A DNA stretch of 45,905 nt, taken from Desulfobacterales bacterium (GTDB lineage: Bacteria; Desulfobacterota; Desulfobacteria; Desulfobacterales; JAFDMD01). The translations under genes were made by a program, and so were the position numbers. Of the stretch, positions 37,779-45,905 are shown in pieces (the stretch's first letter is position 1; every line of letters starts with the position of its first letter). The DNA is taken from contig JAOZTP010000001.1 in the NCBI GenBank assembly GCA_029939135.1, forward strand, positions 1-45,905, written 5' to 3'. The notes beneath the pieces are model-generated. The model saw only the letters and a list, made by a program, of their open reading frames with translations, was not told the origin of the DNA and made no database searches.

Positions 37779-38552
37779 TTAGGTTATATCCTCTTTGCCG
37801 AGATACGCCTCTATAACCTGCGGGTTATTTTGTATTTGCTCCGGAGTTCCTTCGGCTATTACCTCTCCGAATACCAAAGTTTGTATTGTTTCGCAAAGTT
37901 CCATTACAAATTTGAGTCTGTGTTCTATTAAAAATATGGCTACGTTAAATTCTTTTCGGACGTTTTTTATTATTTGTATCATTCGGATTAACTCTTCGGG
38001 GGTCATTCCCGCGGTAGGCTCGTCGAGAAATAGAACTTTCGGCTTTATAGCCATAGCTCTTGCCATTTCCACTCTTCGTTGAGCGCCGTAAGGAAGGTTA
38101 ACCGCAAGCATGTTTGCAAAGTCGGATATATCGAAGATTTCCATGAGCCTGCGGGCGCTTTCCTCTATTTCCGCTTCCTGTTTGCGTCGTTTTTTTGTTC
38201 CGAAAAAGGAGCCTATAAGTCCGTAGTTGATTTGCGAATAATGGGCTATTTGTATATGATCGAAAACCGTTAAATGTCTCCATAATAAAAGGTTTTGGAA
38301 TGTCCTGCCAAGTCCTTTTGAGGCTATTTGATGCGGAAAGAGTCCTGTTATTTCTTCTTTATCAAGCTTTACGCTGCCTTCGGAAGGCTTGAATATTCCG
38401 GTGATGAGGTTGAATACGGTTGTTTTTCCGGCGCCGTTGGGTCCTATTAAGCCTTGTATTTTATTTTTTTCAAGATTAAGGTTGTAGTTGTGAACCGCCC
38501 TTAAACCGCCGAAAAAATGGGTCATATTTTCTACTTTAAGCAGAGGAGTCAT
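37779..38552 (-). CDS. livG: Branched-chain amino-acid ABC transporter, ATP-binding protein LivG
   Basis: Walker A GPNGAGKTT, signature LPYGAQRRVEMARA, Walker B LFLDEPTAG, and C-terminal NPQVIEAYLG. Confidence 0.9.
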   Translation of the reverse strand: MTPLLKVENMTHFFGGLRAVHNYNLNLEKNKIQGLIGPNGAGKTTVFNLITGIFKPSEGSVKLDKEEITGLFPHQIASKGLGRTFQNLLLWRHLTVFDHIQIAHYSQINYGLIGSFFGTKKRRKQEAEIEESARRLMEIFDISDFANMLAVNLPYGAQRRVEMARAMAIKPKVLFLDEPTAGMTPEELIRMIQIIKNVRKEFNVAIFLIEHRLKFVMELCETIQTLVFGEVIAEGTPEQIQNNPQVIEAYLGKEDIT

Positions 38553-38555
38553 TTT

Positions 38556-39824
38556 TTATTTGTCTCCTTTGGGAGCAAGTATTTTTTTTATATTAAATTC
38601 TTTAAATGCGACAAGTCCGGTAGGTTTGTATATCATTATCAATATCATAATAACCGGTATTATAATCCATTTGAAAAGTTCCAGGGGTCTTAAAGCTTCG
38701 CTTGCAAGATTAAAGCTTATCGCCCCTATAATGGAGCCTACTACGGAATTTAATCCGCCGAAATATACCATAGTAAATATTTCTGCAAGTTTTTTAATGC
38801 CGAATGTTCCCGGATTTACGTAGCATAACACATGGGCAAAAAGCCCTCCTGCTATGCCTGCCCAGAATGCGGCGAACATAAAGGTTACTATTTTTGTTTT
38901 TCTTGTATTAACCGTCATTGCATTTGCGGCTGTTTCGTTATCTCTTACCGCATTTGTAGCTTTTCCGATTATTGAGGTAACGAAATTGTTGATTATCCAG
39001 ATTGATAGCGCCGTCCATATAAAAACCGTAGGAAGATTTGCCAAATGAGGCTGGCTCCCCATGCCTCTGGCTCCTCCCAAAACTTCAAGGTTTTCTATAA
39101 GGCTTTTGACTATAAACATAAAGGCAAGCGATATTATGGCAAGATAATCCCCTCTGGTTCTAAAAGAGGGGATGGCAACGAGAAGGGAGCCTATCGCCGC
39201 GATTATTCCGCCGGCTATAAGGGCTATGGGAAATAAAAACGGCGCAAGATAGGAAGGAAGCAAAGCTTCTCCGAAAAGTTTGTCGTTTGCGCATAAAATA
39301 AGGGTTACGGTCGAGGCTGTATAAGCGCCGAGAGCCATAAATCCGGTATGAGAGCATGAAAATTCGCCCATGTATCCGTTTATGACGTTTAGGCTTAGGG
39401 TTAATATTATGGCTATGAATGTAAGTTTTATGGTAACTATTCTGTAATCGCTTATACCAGCCCATATATCTATTATTATATATAAGAATATCAGATATAA
39501 GACGGTATAAACGGGCGTGGGCAGTTTATAAAGTTTTGCGGCGATTTTATTTATTGTGCCAGAGCAAAAGCGGGCGGTTAAGGTTAAGGGGAGCAGATAG
39601 ACTATAATTATATAAGCTGAAGCCCCGGGTATTAAAAGCGGTTTTTTTAGCATTATAAGGAAGCCGAATAATGCCGGAATTTTCGGAAGCCCGAGCATCC
39701 AAGCTATATTATCGCCTATGAGATATTCTATAATAACTGCGGTTAAAAATCCGAAAAGCCAGCCTAATGCGGGCATTGCGGAAAAGAATCTGAAAAATTT
39801 TTTAAATCTGATAATTGGTTTCAT
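38556..39824 (-). CDS. livM: Branched-chain amino-acid ABC transporter permease LivM
   Basis: A polytopic membrane protein with ...LNVINGYMGEFSCSHTGFMALGAY..., typical of LivM. It lies between livH and livG. Confidence 0.85.
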   Translation of the reverse strand: MKPIIRFKKFFRFFSAMPALGWLFGFLTAVIIEYLIGDNIAWMLGLPKIPALFGFLIMLKKPLLIPGASAYIIIVYLLPLTLTARFCSGTINKIAAKLYKLPTPVYTVLYLIFLYIIIDIWAGISDYRIVTIKLTFIAIILTLSLNVINGYMGEFSCSHTGFMALGAYTASTVTLILCANDKLFGEALLPSYLAPFLFPIALIAGGIIAAIGSLLVAIPSFRTRGDYLAIISLAFMFIVKSLIENLEVLGGARGMGSQPHLANLPTVFIWTALSIWIINNFVTSIIGKATNAVRDNETAANAMTVNTRKTKIVTFMFAAFWAGIAGGLFAHVLCYVNPGTFGIKKLAEIFTMVYFGGLNSVVGSIIGAISFNLASEALRPLELFKWIIIPVIMILIMIYKPTGLVAFKEFNIKKILAPKGDK

Positions 39825-39893
39825 ATTTTTATATTTAAAATAGAAATTGGGTTAATTTTTATTTGTCATAATATGTTTTGTTTGGACAATTAT

Positions 39894-39930
39894 GAGTTTT
39901 CTCCTCGCCTCGCTTTTCGAAATGGCAAGC
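39894..39930. repeat. Half copy (left arm) of the palindromic repeat, copy F
   Basis: GAGTTTTCTCCTCGCCTCGCTTTTCGAAATGGCAAGC, in the livH-livM spacer. Confidence 0.4.
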
Positions 39931-39938
39931 GGGAAGAA

Positions 39939-40853
39939 TTAAAGCCTTAAACTTGAACTGTGAGCTTTGCCGAAAAATCCGTGAGGACGCACAGTCAATA
40001 TAATAAGTATTATTGAATATGCTATCAGATCTCTTAATGTGGAAGGAAATATCATAGCCGTAAATATTTCTATAAATCCGAGCAAGAAACCTGCTAAAGC
40101 CGCCCCCAAAATTGAGCCCCTACCGCCTAATATTGCCGCTACAAAGGCTTTCCAACCCAAAAGTATTCCCATGTAGGGGTCTAATACCGGATATGCAAGC
40201 CCGTAAAGTATGCCTGCCGCAGCCGCAAGCGCGGAGCCTATGGCAAAGGTTAAAGGAGCTATTACGTTTAACGATATTCCCATAAGCGGAACTGTCAAGA
40301 AATCGTAAGACATAGCCCGCATAGCCATGCCCCATTTTGTTTTTTCTATAAAAAAGTGCAGCCCCGCCATTAGAAAAAGGGAGATTGCCACTATTATGAT
40401 TTTTTTGTTGGTAATAAAGACGCCAGAGATATTGTAGGTAACCGTTTCCACAAGCTGCGGAAAAGCGATTCTTTTTGTGCCGAAGATGGCTATATTGGAG
40501 GTTTCTAATATAATGCCTATCATTAAGCCGGTAATTGCAGCGGATGCGCGCGGAGCGTTTCTTAATGGTCTGTATCCGATTTTTTCTATTAATACTCCGA
40601 GCAACGAGGTTAAAAACATAGAGACTATAATTGTCAAAATCAACACAAGCCATCCCGGCGCTGCTCCTCCGAATAAAAGAATAAAAAGGCTTGCTATGCA
40701 AAAGCCGATGTATGCGCCGATCATAAAAATGTCGCCATGAGCAAAATTAAAGAGCATAAGTATGCTATATACCATAGAATAGCCGAGGGCTATAAGAGCG
40801 TAAAAGCTTCCCCACTGTAAAGCGTTGATAAAATTTTGGAGAAAGTATTCCAT
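39939..40853 (-). CDS. livH: Branched-chain amino-acid ABC transporter permease LivH
   Basis: MEYFLQNFINALQWGSFYALIALGYSMVYSILMLFNFAHGD is the canonical LivH N-terminus. Confidence 0.9.
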   Translation of the reverse strand: MEYFLQNFINALQWGSFYALIALGYSMVYSILMLFNFAHGDIFMIGAYIGFCIASLFILLFGGAAPGWLVLILTIIVSMFLTSLLGVLIEKIGYRPLRNAPRASAAITGLMIGIILETSNIAIFGTKRIAFPQLVETVTYNISGVFITNKKIIIVAISLFLMAGLHFFIEKTKWGMAMRAMSYDFLTVPLMGISLNVIAPLTFAIGSALAAAAGILYGLAYPVLDPYMGILLGWKAFVAAILGGRGSILGAALAGFLLGFIEIFTAMIFPSTLRDLIAYSIILIILTVRPHGFFGKAHSSSLRL

Positions 40854-40961
40854 TTTACCTCATTTTGATTTCGTCGGATAACTTCATATTTTGTCTGTTT
40901 TAGGCGTTGATAAGAGACAAGCTACGAAGTTATCCAAGTAAATTTAATCATTTTTTTGTTT

Positions 40962-41063
40962 AATTAAGGGATTTCTCCTCACGCAAAGAAAATACCCGTA
41001 AAAATAACGCGGCGGGAATAGGAAGTCAGGCATTTCGAGCGAAGCGATAAATTCCTTAATTAA
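40962..41063. repeat. Palindromic intergenic repeat, copy G
   Basis: AATTAAGGGATTTCTCCTCACGC...CAGGCATTTCGAGCGAAGCGATAAATTCCTTAATT, in the livK-livH spacer. Confidence 0.6.
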
Positions 41064-41074
41064 GACGCAAAGTT

Positions 41075-41116
41075 TTAAGCCATAGAGACGTTGTTTGCAA
41101 CGTCTCTATGGCTTAA
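41075..41116. terminator. 19-bp perfect hairpin, second member of the AGAGACGTTG...CAACGTCTCT family
   Basis: TTAAGCCATAGAGACGTTG-TTTG-CAACGTCTCTATGGCTTAA, 18 nt past the livK stop. Confidence 0.5.
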
Positions 41117-41133
41117 CTTATTTTTATTTTTGG

Positions 41134-42312
41134 TTACGGGCATACTGATTTATAGAATCTAAACTCGCCTGTATCGCTTATTTTAACTATAACGGCGCAT
41201 TTTACGGGATCTCCGTCCGACGTAAAACTCATGTTGCCGGTAACTCCTTCAAAGTTTTTTATTTTTGCAAGATTGTTTTTAACCTTTACGCGGTCTTTTT
41301 TTATATCTCCGCTAAATTCGGTAAGAGATTCTATTGCGTTTTGGGCAAGCTTTAAGGAATCCCAAGTTAAAGCGCATACGTCGTCCGGCACATACCCGTA
41401 TTTTTCTTTATAACGATCTATGAACTCTTTTGTAATTCCCTCGGCTCCCGCAGCAGCATAATGTGTGCTGAAAAAAGCGCCATAGCAGTCGCTTCCGCAA
41501 AGGGTAATTGTTTCGGAGGAACCCCAACTGTCGCTTCCGAGTATAGGTTTTTTCCAACCGAGTTCGCGAGCCTGTTTAACTATTAGGGCGACTTCGTTGT
41601 AATACTGCGGAACAAATAGAACTTCGGCTCCGGAATTTACTATTTTGGTAAGCTGGGAGCTAAAATCGGCATCTTTTGTGGTAAAGCTTTCATAAGATAC
41701 TACGGAACCTTCGCCGTTATTTTTTTCCCATGATTGTTTGAAGTATTCGGCAAGTCCTTTGGGATAATCGCTTGCCACGTCATAAAGAACCGCCGCTTTT
41801 GTATAACCGAATTCATTTTTTGCAAAATTTGCCAGCATTGGTCCTTGGAAAGGATCAAGAAAACATCCTCTAAACACATAAGGTCTGTCTTTTGTTGTGT
41901 CCGGGTTTGTTGACCAAGGGCTTATCATCGGGGTAGCGTAGCTGTTCGCAACGCCTCCTGCGGGTATTGCCTGTTTTGAAGATTGCGGTCCTATTACTAT
42001 TATAACTTCATCTTCTGTAATCATTTTTGTATTGGTTTTAACTGCGGATTCCGCTTGAGCTTCGTTGTCTTCCACTATAATTTCCACAGGATATTTTTCG
42101 CCGGCTATTTCTATCCCTCCGGCTTTTTCTATATCTTCCAGCCACATTTTAGCGGTATTTTTGGTGTTTTCCCCTACTTTTGGTATATCTCCGGTAATAG
42201 GAGCGTTAATTCCTATTTTAATTGTCTTTTTTTTACCCCAGCACCAGCCGGAAGTTGATAGGACAAATAAAGCGAAAAAAATAGCGGTTAGAATAAGACT
42301 TAATTTTTTCAT
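41134..42312 (-). CDS. livK: Branched-chain amino-acid ABC transporter substrate-binding protein
   Basis: Signal peptide, then IKIGINAPITGDIPKVGE... (type I periplasmic binding fold, Leu/Ile/Val-binding family). It is the first gene of the liv cluster. Confidence 0.85.
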   Translation of the reverse strand: MKKLSLILTAIFFALFVLSTSGWCWGKKKTIKIGINAPITGDIPKVGENTKNTAKMWLEDIEKAGGIEIAGEKYPVEIIVEDNEAQAESAVKTNTKMITEDEVIIVIGPQSSKQAIPAGGVANSYATPMISPWSTNPDTTKDRPYVFRGCFLDPFQGPMLANFAKNEFGYTKAAVLYDVASDYPKGLAEYFKQSWEKNNGEGSVVSYESFTTKDADFSSQLTKIVNSGAEVLFVPQYYNEVALIVKQARELGWKKPILGSDSWGSSETITLCGSDCYGAFFSTHYAAAGAEGITKEFIDRYKEKYGYVPDDVCALTWDSLKLAQNAIESLTEFSGDIKKDRVKVKNNLAKIKNFEGVTGNMSFTSDGDPVKCAVIVKISDTGEFRFYKSVCP

Positions 42313-42664
42313 AATTGACCTCCTGTTTATAAAGGTTTGAAAATAATCAACAGTTGATTTTATTTTTTATAAATTAAATATATAAATTGTTTTCCTATAA
42401 CGGTCTAAAAAACTTTATACTAATATTATTATAAGGGATTTATGTCAATTTATTATATAGCCTCGGTATAAAAAAGTCCTGTTTTGTTTGATTTGAAAAT
42501 TTCGATTCTACTTTCTTGACTTTTGAGCGGTATAAAACTATTTCAAACTAATAGAGAAAATAATAAAATGATATAAGTAGTTGGAGAATTAAAATTTTTA
42601 TCCGACTTTGAAAAACGGGCATAATAGAAATTCGGACGGTAAACTTTAAACAGAGGAAAACCTA

Positions 42665-44194
42665 ATGATATTAATTATAGATTTCGGCTCTCAATATAAC
42701 CAGCTTATAGCGAGGAGAGTAAGGGAAAGTAGAGTATATTGCCAAATAGAGCCTTGTAATATCGGAATAGATAAAATTAAAGATCTTGCTCCGAAAGGGA
42801 TTGTTTTATCCGGAGGTCCTATGAGCATTTATGATAAAAACAGCCCTAAAGCGGATAAGAGAATTTTTGATCTTGATATTCCTATACTCGGAATATGTTA
42901 CGGGTTGCAGTTTATGATAGACGCTTTAAACGGAGGCATAAAAAAAGCCGAAAAACGAGAATACGGTTTTGCGGCTTTGGATATAAAAAGGGAACATAGT
43001 TTGTTTGACGGAATAGATAAAAAAACGGAATGCTGGATGAGTCATGGCGATTCCATATACAGGCTTCCAAAAGGCTTTAGCCTGCTTGCTTCTACGGATA
43101 ACACAGAGTTTGCGGCGGTTGCAAACGAAGAAAAGAAGCTTTACGGCTTTCAGTTTCATCCCGAAGTAGCCCATACCCCGAAAGGGAAAAGAATGCTTGA
43201 AAATTTTGCAATAAATATAAGCGGCGTCAAACGCAATTGGACGATGAAATCTTTTGCAAAGAAAGCGGCAAGCGAAATTAAGGAGCGCGCAAAAGATGAT
43301 AAGGTTATACTCGGATTAAGCGGCGGGGTGGATTCTACGGTTACTTCGGTTTTGCTTGATAAGGCTTTGGACAAAAAATTTACAGCCATATTTATAGACA
43401 ACGGTTTATTAAGAACAAATGAGGCTGATAATTTAAAAGGTATATTTCAAGAACAACTTAAACTAAACGTTAAATTTATTAATGCGGAAGATAGGTTTTT
43501 GGACGCGCTTAAAAAAGTAACCGATCCGGAAAAAAAAAGAAAAATAATAGGAAAGATATTTGCGGATATATTTGAAGAGGAGGCGAGAAAGATTAAAGGG
43601 GTTAAATTTCTTGCGCAAGGAACATTATATCCTGATATTATAGAATCGGTTTCGGTTTTCGGAGGTCCTTCCTCAGTTATAAAATCTCATCATAACGTAG
43701 GCGGGCTTCCTAAAGATATGAAGCTGAAATTAATCGAGCCTTTAAAATATCTTTTTAAAGACGAAGTCCGAAAGCTGGGCAAAACGCTCGGCATAAGTTC
43801 GCAGCTTATATGGAGACAGCCGTTTCCTGGACCAGGGCTTGCAATAAGAGTAATAGGGGAGGTAACAAAAAAACGTTTGAAAATATTAAGAAAAGCGGAC
43901 GCTATTCTTCTTGAAGAAATACATGCGGCGGGATATTATAAAAAACTATGGCAGTCTTTTGCGGTTCTTTTGCCTGTTAAAAGCGTAGGGGTAATGGGAG
44001 ATTCCAGAACTTATGAAAATATAGCCGCCATAAGAGCGGTAACAAGCAAAGATGCTATGACCGCAGACTGGGCAAGGCTTCCGCAAAAATTTTTGGGTAA
44101 AATATCCAATAGAATTATCAATGAAGTATCGGGAATCAACAGGGTTGTATACGATATAAGCTCTAAACCGCCCGCTACTATAGAATGGGAGTGA
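42665..44194 (+). CDS. guaA: GMP synthase (glutamine-hydrolysing)
   Basis: ILIIDFGSQYNQLIARRVRE, GATase ICYGLQ, PP-loop LGLSGGVDS, and C-terminal ...KPPATIEWE. Confidence 0.95.
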   Translation: MILIIDFGSQYNQLIARRVRESRVYCQIEPCNIGIDKIKDLAPKGIVLSGGPMSIYDKNSPKADKRIFDLDIPILGICYGLQFMIDALNGGIKKAEKREYGFAALDIKREHSLFDGIDKKTECWMSHGDSIYRLPKGFSLLASTDNTEFAAVANEEKKLYGFQFHPEVAHTPKGKRMLENFAINISGVKRNWTMKSFAKKAASEIKERAKDDKVILGLSGGVDSTVTSVLLDKALDKKFTAIFIDNGLLRTNEADNLKGIFQEQLKLNVKFINAEDRFLDALKKVTDPEKKRKIIGKIFADIFEEEARKIKGVKFLAQGTLYPDIIESVSVFGGPSSVIKSHHNVGGLPKDMKLKLIEPLKYLFKDEVRKLGKTLGISSQLIWRQPFPGPGLAIRVIGEVTKKRLKILRKADAILLEEIHAAGYYKKLWQSFAVLLPVKSVGVMGDSRTYENIAAIRAVTSKDAMTADWARLPQKFLGKISNRIINEVSGINRVVYDISSKPPATIEWE

Positions 44195-44198
44195 AAAA

Positions 44199-44975
44199 AT
44201 GGGGAATAAAAAAATGTCTGATCCCAGAATTGATTTTGAAGATGATAATGCAAGTTCCGTTTTCTTTGAAGAAGCAAAGATGCAGGAGATAGCAAAGTTA
44301 AAAAAAAGAATTAATTATATCGCTTTTTTTATGTTTATCCTGATATGCGCGTCCGTGGGGTTGTTCTATTTTAATTTAAAAGAGGTAATGCTTGAATTAA
44401 AAGATGGCGGCGCCTTAAAAATAGAGAGGTTTTCCAATGATATTGACGCTAAAATAGCAACTTTAAATGCTTTGAATGCCGATTTTAAAGGCGATACGGT
44501 AAAGAAGATGGAAGAGATTAAAAAAGAGGCGAGCAGCGTTAAAAAAGATTTTAAGAAGATAGCAGGCGAGCTTAAAACAATTAAAAAGATTGAAAAAGCC
44601 TTAAACAATAAGCCTGATAAAGAGGAATTAAAAAAGGTATCTGACGATTTTACAAGCTCGTTAGAAGATAAAATAACCTCTGCGGATTTAAAAAAGATAT
44701 TGAAAGAGTTTCGGCAGGATTTTAGAAATTCTATACAGGCTTCATTAGATCAAAGCCTTACAAAAAAGGATCTTGAAGATAGAATGGGAGTTTTTGAAAA
44801 AAATATGAAAATTAAGCTTCTACGCATATCCGGAGACGCCGAAAACCTGATAGCAAACGCAAAAGGGGAAATGGAAAAGGATATAGATAAAAAGATGTCT
44901 GCATTGATTAAAGATTTTGAGATAAGCATGCAAAATTATGTTCGCCAGACTCTTCAACGGCAGGATAATAATTAA
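44199..44975 (+). CDS. Hypothetical membrane-anchored coiled-coil protein
   Basis: One hydrophobic segment (YIAFFMFILICASVGLFYF) followed by a Lys/Glu-rich helical region. The start may instead be the ATG at 44214. Confidence 0.45.
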   Translation: MGNKKMSDPRIDFEDDNASSVFFEEAKMQEIAKLKKRINYIAFFMFILICASVGLFYFNLKEVMLELKDGGALKIERFSNDIDAKIATLNALNADFKGDTVKKMEEIKKEASSVKKDFKKIAGELKTIKKIEKALNNKPDKEELKKVSDDFTSSLEDKITSADLKKILKEFRQDFRNSIQASLDQSLTKKDLEDRMGVFEKNMKIKLLRISGDAENLIANAKGEMEKDIDKKMSALIKDFEISMQNYVRQTLQRQDNN

Positions 44976-45167
44976 TTGTTAGACGCAAAAAAAGATGATA
45001 AAAGTCTGCCGAATAACGAATATTCAATGCTTGCGAAAGTTTTTTTAATGATTACAACTTGAACGTAACGCATAAAACGGGCAAAGAACAAAATTAAGAG
45101 GCGGACTTTAAATATTAGAAAATGACGCCATTAAGAATATTAATTATAAAAAAGAATGGTTATAAAA

Positions 45168-45905
45168 ATGAATCAAGCAACCGTAATTATACCTGCAAGA
45201 TATGCCTCGTCAAGATTTCAGGGTAAGCCGCTCGCCCTTATTTCCGGCAAATCTATGATAAGAAGAGTTTATGAAAACGTTCAAAAATCTCTCGATATAA
45301 AGGATGTTTTTATAGCGACGGACGACGAGCGAATAGCAAAAGAGGCGGAGAGCTTTGGAGGCAAATATATTATTACTTCAACGCTACATAAATCCGGCAC
45401 AGACAGAGCGGCGGAAGCGGCGGATATAATAGGGTTGAAAAAAGAGGATATAATAATAAATGTTCAAGGGGATCAGCCTCTTTTTGATTTCAGATGCCTT
45501 AACGAAATTCTTACCCCGTTTAAAACCGGTTTTGACGGAATGAGCGCTCTTGTATGCAGAATAACAAAGCTTGAAGAGATAACCGATCCTAAAGACGTAA
45601 AAACCGTTTTTGATAAAAACGGTTTTGCGCTTTATTTTTCCAGAGCCTCAATTCCTTGCGACAGAGACGGTTTAATCCTTAATAATAGATATTATAAACA
45701 TCTCGGCTTTTACGCTTATACCAAAAAGTTCCTTGAAAAATTTACCTCCCTACCGGAAGGAGATCTTGAAAAAAGAGAGAAGTTGGAACAGTTAAGAGCT
45801 TTGGAATACGGTTTAAAAATTAAAATAGTCGTTACAAGCTACGATTCTTTTGAAATAGATTTGCCTTCCGATATAAAAAAGGCGGAAAAGATTATTAGCG
45901 AAAAG
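45168..45905 (+). CDS. kdsB: 3-deoxy-manno-octulosonate cytidylyltransferase (3' end runs off the window)
   Basis: Translation is MNQATVIIPARYASSRFQGKPLALISGKSMIRRVYENV...VNVQGDQPL..., typical of KdsB. The frame stays open to the window end, so it is absent from the ORF track. Confidence 0.85.
   Translation, partial: MNQATVIIPARYASSRFQGKPLALISGKSMIRRVYENVQKSLDIKDVFIATDDERIAKEAESFGGKYIITSTLHKSGTDRAAEAADIIGLKKEDIIINVQGDQPLFDFRCLNEILTPFKTGFDGMSALVCRITKLEEITDPKDVKTVFDKNGFALYFSRASIPCDRDGLILNNRYYKHLGFYAYTKKFLEKFTSLPEGDLEKREKLEQLRALEYGLKIKIVVTSYDSFEIDLPSDIKKAEKIISEK

Noticed and set aside
40120-40701. 193-aa minus-strand ORF, and other ORFs over 60 aa nested in liv genes (39160..39465, 38098..38283, 40477..40740, 41983..42340).
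   Set aside because: They are out-of-frame or antisense overlaps of strongly supported transporter genes. Their translations are Arg/Cys/Ser-rich or low-complexity, and none has a recognisable motif.
35682-41063. The repeated GGGATTTCTC...GAGAAATCCC elements as a CRISPR array.
   Set aside because: The copies are internally palindromic, differ in length, are kilobases apart, and are separated by genes rather than short uniform spacers. No cas genes are present.

Overview
This is a visibly AT-rich chromosomal segment from a dissimilatory sulfite- or sulfate-reducing bacterium. The core genes are dsrA-dsrB-dsrD-dsrN, a tetraheme cytochrome c3, and a seven-CxxCH cytochrome c with DsrM-like and DsrK-like partners. 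Also core are a livKHMGF-type branched-chain amino-acid ABC transporter, gap, recD2, ald, guaA, coaD, cobO, kdsB (partial) and an M16 peptidase.

Several small accessory islets sit between these genes:
- An ABC-type ATPase plus a small Toprim-like protein lies between livG and livF, bracketed by direct copies of a palindromic MITE/REP-like repeat. That repeat occurs at least 5 times in full and twice as half copies in the window.
- An SF2 helicase is translationally coupled to an unknown 140-aa protein.
- A gamma-class N6-adenine methyltransferase is coupled to an unassigned 352-aa putative endonuclease.
- A 1.5-kb islet is bounded by a duplicated livF 3' end. It carries an unknown 275-aa protein and a DUF4160/DUF2442 pair.
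- A NucS-like/DUF5655 gene is interrupted by an in-frame TAA.

Other notable items:
- A single ORF fuses an intact-looking cysteine synthase to a CysRS-like domain that has lost the HIGH motif, the KMSKS motif and both Cys zinc ligands.
- A good sigma-54 promoter match precedes two tandem signal-peptide paralogs (a Gly-rich mini-protein and a ZraP/Spy-like protein), next to a divergent ZraS-like kinase with no adjacent response regulator.
- A patch of decayed gene fragments sits at one islet border.

I saw no rRNA, tRNA or CRISPR array. All family assignments rest on motif recognition by eye. No database search was run.
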